A stretch of 64,000 nucleotides of DNA from Candidatus Woesebacteria bacterium RIFCSPHIGHO2_02_FULL_42_20. GTDB lineage: Bacteria; Patescibacteriota; Microgenomatia; UBA8517. The stretch's first letter is position 1, and each line of letters begins with the position of its first letter. This document shows positions 60,570 through 64,000 of the stretch, piece after piece. The DNA is taken from assembly GCA_001792535.1 (NCBI GenBank), contig MGGS01000018.1, positions 3,432-67,431 of the forward strand, given 5' to 3'. The position numbers and the translations under genes were made by a program. The notes under the pieces were generated by a model. The model did not search any database. It saw only the letters and a program-made list of their open reading frames with translations, and was not told the DNA's origin.

Positions 60570-61229
60570 CTATTGGGCAATTGCTCCTTTCTCCAGTCTA
60601 ATAGTTCTTTTTTTGAGCCTATATACTATTCCTTCGTGGTGTGTAGCAAGCATCACGGTTTTCCCTTCATTATTTATATTAGACAAAAGATCCACAATGT
60701 TTTGCGCCGTATCCCAGTCAAGATTCCCCGTAGGTTCATCGGCAAGCAAAATTTTTGGGTTGACAACAAGCGCCCTTGCTATCGCAACTCTTTGGACTTC
60801 ACCGCCTGAAAGTTGTTGCGGGAAAAGCTCCGACCGGTCACCTAGCCCCACAAGCTCAAGGACTTCGTTTACTCGCTTCTTCCAATCTCGCTTGGCCACG
60901 CCAATTACCGCCAAGGCCACTTCAATATTTTCCCTTGCTGTTCGCTCATGCAATACTTTGAAGTCTTGGAAAACATAGCCGATTTTTTGCCTTAGATACG
61001 GTATGTTTTTTCTTTTGATCTTGGTTATCTCTTGACCGTCGAAAAATACTCTTCCTGACGAAGCCTTAATATCGCCAATAAGCAGGTTCAAAATTGTCGT
61101 CTTGCCCGCGCCAGATGGCCCGGTCAAAAACACAAATTCACCCTCCTCAACTTCAAAAGATATCTCATCAAGAGCAATAATCTTCCCAAATCTTTTGGAC
61201 ACTTTTTCAAACCTTACAATGGCGGACAT
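60570..61229 (-). CDS. ftsE: Cell division ATPase FtsE
   Basis: GPSGAGKT, VFQDFK, LSGGE.QR, DEPTGNLD. Confidence 0.95.
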   Translation of the reverse strand: MSAIVRFEKVSKRFGKIIALDEISFEVEEGEFVFLTGPSGAGKTTILNLLIGDIKASSGRVFFDGQEITKIKRKNIPYLRQKIGYVFQDFKVLHERTARENIEVALAVIGVAKRDWKKRVNEVLELVGLGDRSELFPQQLSGGEVQRVAIARALVVNPKILLADEPTGNLDWDTAQNIVDLLSNINNEGKTVMLATHHEGIVYRLKKRTIRLEKGAIAQ

Positions 61230-61273
61230 TATTCTCTAGCTTAACAAATATTGGATATATACGCCAGCAAAAA

Positions 61274-61750
61274 TTACTGAAGAACCTTGATTTTGCCCAC
61301 ATCCATTAGCCAGCCGGCATTTTTGGCGGCAATTGTCTGACCCCAAACTTGGACTTTTTTGTCGACAAAGTTATCCAAATTGATCACCGTCGAAGTCAAA
61401 TAAACATGTTTTTCCTCACCCAAGCCGCGGTCCAAATGATGTGTCCCCTCGCCTCTAATTCCCCCGTCTCTAAGTTCTCCTTCGGCGGTGTCCGGAAAAG
61501 CTTCCTCATCTTGTATACCAGCTTCCATGTCGCTTGGTTTACCTCCTGTTTGAGCCACATTTTCGGTCCTTTCGCCAAGCGCTGCACCCGGTCGGCCTGC
61601 CAGTAGCCACCCGGTACCGGTACCCAGAAACAACACAGTAACGGACATCAACAGGGGTGCAAAAACTCCGGAAAGTCTGGGCTTTTCCTTGGGGAATTTT
61701 TTGACAACAGGGAACTCAGGCGACTTCACTTGAACGACTGACTCCGACAT
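61274..61750 (-). CDS. Membrane-anchored hypothetical protein
   Basis: TM; GEGTHHL, YLTS..INL, GWLMDVG. Confidence 0.7.
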   Translation of the reverse strand: MSESVVQVKSPEFPVVKKFPKEKPRLSGVFAPLLMSVTVLFLGTGTGWLLAGRPGAALGERTENVAQTGGKPSDMEAGIQDEEAFPDTAEGELRDGGIRGEGTHHLDRGLGEEKHVYLTSTVINLDNFVDKKVQVWGQTIAAKNAGWLMDVGKIKVLQ

Positions 61751-61762
61751 TGTTTTAATATA

Positions 61763-61999
61763 TCAAGCTTTAGTGAGGTTCACAATATCCATTCGCAAGG
61801 TTTTTATTTGCTCTTCGTGTCTAGCGCTATAAAGACAACGAACATCGGCGTATGAGCAAAATACACAGCAAAAACCGTCAATGGTCTCAATTAGCTTGCT
61901 GCACGTCGTGCATTTATAAAAAATCTGGCAATAGGTCTTGGGCATTTCAACTTCTTCGGTACCCCCGCAATGCGGGCACGTTAGTTTTGCTTTGGTCAT
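61763..61999 (-). CDS. GDCCVxC-like Cys-rich small protein
   Basis: CPHC...MP...CQIFYKC..C...GFCCVFCSY..C. Confidence 0.75.
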   Translation of the reverse strand: MTKAKLTCPHCGGTEEVEMPKTYCQIFYKCTTCSKLIETIDGFCCVFCSYADVRCLYSARHEEQIKTLRMDIVNLTKA

Positions 62000-62006
62000 T
62001 AACTTA

Positions 62007-63092
62007 TTATACCCCACCTTTCAACTTAAGCCCGGATTCGATGAATTCGTCAAGTTCACCATCTAAAACTGCTTCTGTATCTGATGTTTGTATGTTAGTC
62101 CGTAAGTCTTTGACCATTTTGTAAGGGTGCAGGACATACGAACGAATTTGGGTTCCCCATGAAGCGGGTCTATATTCGCCTTTAAGATTTTTCTTTTCGT
62201 TTTTGACCTCCTCCCGGCTTCTTAGCCACAATTTTGACCGAAGTAACCCTAACGCAAGCTTGCGGTTTGCTTCCTGAAACCGTTCCCTCTGACTTGTCAC
62301 GACAATACCGGTTGGCATATGAGTAAGGCGAACCGCGGTCGAAACTTTCTGAACGTTTTGGCCTCCTTGACTTGAAGAATGGAAAAACTGCCACTCCAAG
62401 TCATCATCTTTTATAACAATGTCCGGCAGGTCAACTTCAACCATATCGGGCAGTACTTCGACCATGGCAAACGAAGTCTGCCGAAGGCGATCAGCGTTAA
62501 AGGGTGACTGGCGCACCAATCTATGGGTTCCCGATTCATTTTTTAGGTACCCATAGGCATGTCCACCTTCAACTTTAAAAATCACACTTTTTATTCCCGC
62601 CTCCTCTCCCGGAGTATCGTCGATCATCTGAGTTTTAAAACCCCACCTTTCACAAAACCGAAGATACATGCGGAGCAACATTGCTGCCCAATCCATTGCT
62701 TCCGTACCCCCTTGGCCCGCGTGAATTCCGACAACCGCGTTCTTGTCATCATACTGGCCTGACAAATAAGTGACTAGCTCAAGCTTTTCCAATTCTTTTT
62801 CCACACCGGCTGCTTCTTTTTCAAGGTCACTCGCCAACGACTCGTCAGCCGATAACTCCTCAAGCCCCGAAATATCTTTCTCAAGAGTTTCTACCTGTTC
62901 TACTTGTTTTTTGAGGTCGCCAATCCTTTGCATCAGATCCCGGGCGTGAGTCTGGTCTTTCCATAAATCGGGGTCGCTTGACTGCGATTCCAACTTCTTT
63001 AAGTCCAGTCGCACGGCATCCAAATTAAGACTTTTTTTAATAGTCGCAAATCGAGTTTCAAGCTCGATAATTCTCGCTTTGACATCGGTCAT
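62007..63092 (-). CDS. prfB: Peptide chain release factor 2 (no programmed frameshift)
   Basis: SPF and GGQ motifs; continuous ORF. Confidence 0.96.
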   Translation of the reverse strand: MTDVKARIIELETRFATIKKSLNLDAVRLDLKKLESQSSDPDLWKDQTHARDLMQRIGDLKKQVEQVETLEKDISGLEELSADESLASDLEKEAAGVEKELEKLELVTYLSGQYDDKNAVVGIHAGQGGTEAMDWAAMLLRMYLRFCERWGFKTQMIDDTPGEEAGIKSVIFKVEGGHAYGYLKNESGTHRLVRQSPFNADRLRQTSFAMVEVLPDMVEVDLPDIVIKDDDLEWQFFHSSSQGGQNVQKVSTAVRLTHMPTGIVVTSQRERFQEANRKLALGLLRSKLWLRSREEVKNEKKNLKGEYRPASWGTQIRSYVLHPYKMVKDLRTNIQTSDTEAVLDGELDEFIESGLKLKGGV

Positions 63093-63107
63093 GAAGCTAG
63101 TATAACA

Positions 63108-63572
63108 TCAAGGCTCACAAATAAGGTAGCGGGCGCGGCGGGCGGCATCAGGAGAGAGGGTTTGAAACTGGCTCACTATCTCGTCCACTTCATCCTGGCT
63201 CTCACTAGCCACGGATAAGGGTACTTCAGTTTCCGTACCAAGCACATTAACCAACCTTTCGCGCCCGGTCGTGATAAACGCAGCTAATGGCCTCGGAGCA
63301 TTCTCCCAACCAACAATTTCGGTAAACACAGTTCTGCCTGCCAGCAACATAAACCCTTCGACAATAATCGCGAGTAAAAAGCCCATAACCACATATGCCG
63401 TGGCCCCTTTAAAAGACCAATGAACATACATATGGCGGAGGCGTGCCAAGGAAAAAATGAGCAGAAAAATAAGAAAGACGACCAATACTGCCTGAAAATA
63501 ATTAGGAGAAAACGCCAGCTTGCCTATGTGAAAATCGAAGGTTCTAAAGGGCAGCGGGACAGCAGCTTCCAT
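63108..63572 (-). CDS. Hypothetical membrane protein
   Basis: Two TMs, LARLRH, GWENAP. Confidence 0.7.
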   Translation of the reverse strand: MEAAVPLPFRTFDFHIGKLAFSPNYFQAVLVVFLIFLLIFSLARLRHMYVHWSFKGATAYVVMGFLLAIIVEGFMLLAGRTVFTEIVGWENAPRPLAAFITTGRERLVNVLGTETEVPLSVASESQDEVDEIVSQFQTLSPDAARRARYLICEP

Positions 63573-63601
63573 AGCACCTCAATATTACCACACCAGGCAA
63601 T

Positions 63602-63904
63602 CTACAACGCTGATGCCGCAGAATTGAGGGAGTTAATATCAGCTTCAATTGTACCTTCATTAGTACTCTTAAGCTCAGTTTCAATGTCAGAAATAGCATC
63701 AGAGTCGCTTATAGGTTTCATTGTCGGAACCAAAGCTCCGTCGGACCGGCTCGTCGTGTACTGTTGGTTAACCTGTTGCGGCAGTGCCTGCTGGCTCCAG
63801 AGAAAATAGTACGAAGCGGCCGCAGCGCCGACCACTAACAGTAAAATTAGTATAACAACAATGATCGCGACAGATCCTTGTGAATTCTTATCCCTGCCCT
63901 TCAC
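63602..63904 (-). CDS. Membrane-anchored small protein
   Basis: AAAGGAG SD with GTG start; QG then hydrophobic helix; acidic tail. Confidence 0.7.
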   Translation of the reverse strand: MKGRDKNSQGSVAIIVVILILLLVVGAAAASYYFLWSQQALPQQVNQQYTTSRSDGALVPTMKPISDSDAISDIETELKSTNEGTIEADINSLNSAASAL

Positions 63905-64000
63905 CGGCTACTCCTTTCAAAGCTTTTAAAGCATCGCCCACCGCTACTCTGGCATCCTTGATTTTTTCGAGAACCGACTTTATATCAGTATGGAAATCAT

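Noticed and set aside
63000-63092. prfB programmed +1 frameshift
   Set aside because: The ORF is continuous (AGT CTT AAT), with no CTT-TGA site; absence is common.

Overview
Gene-dense bacterial chromosome segment using the standard code (TAA, TAG and TGA all end genes). Gene content, very short intergenic spaces, many apparently leaderless starts and GGGGGTGA-type Shine-Dalgarno sites suggest Patescibacteria/CPR, probably Microgenomates-like (inference, not a database result). Housekeeping genes: trmD, rfbA/rfbB, galE, a compact alpha-glucan phosphorylase, a complete F1Fo ATP synthase operon, ftsEX, prfB, several glycosyltransferases and two type II toxin-antitoxin pairs. Leading candidates for undescribed biology: (1) an integron-like locus at 8.1-10.4 kb whose tyrosine recombinase lacks the IntI-specific insertion but sits divergently to an attI-like junction, an SDR cassette, an attC-like site and a second cassette interrupted by a 99-bp IS200/IS605-type miniature element; (2) a sortase-linked operon of three paralogous secreted Asn-rich ~88-aa-repeat proteins (possible anchored fibre or functional amyloid), preceded by a DUF2292/YezD-like gene and a possible terminator/antiterminator leader; (3) a TasA/SipW-type cluster whose peptidase is fused to its own apparent substrate; (4) a circularly permuted M23 peptidase beside ftsEX; (5) matched loss of the alpha N-terminus and delta N-domain in the ATP synthase; (6) trp-operator-like palindromes flanking a TrpR-like gene. 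No rRNA, tRNA or CRISPR array was seen. All family calls are by eye, without database searches.
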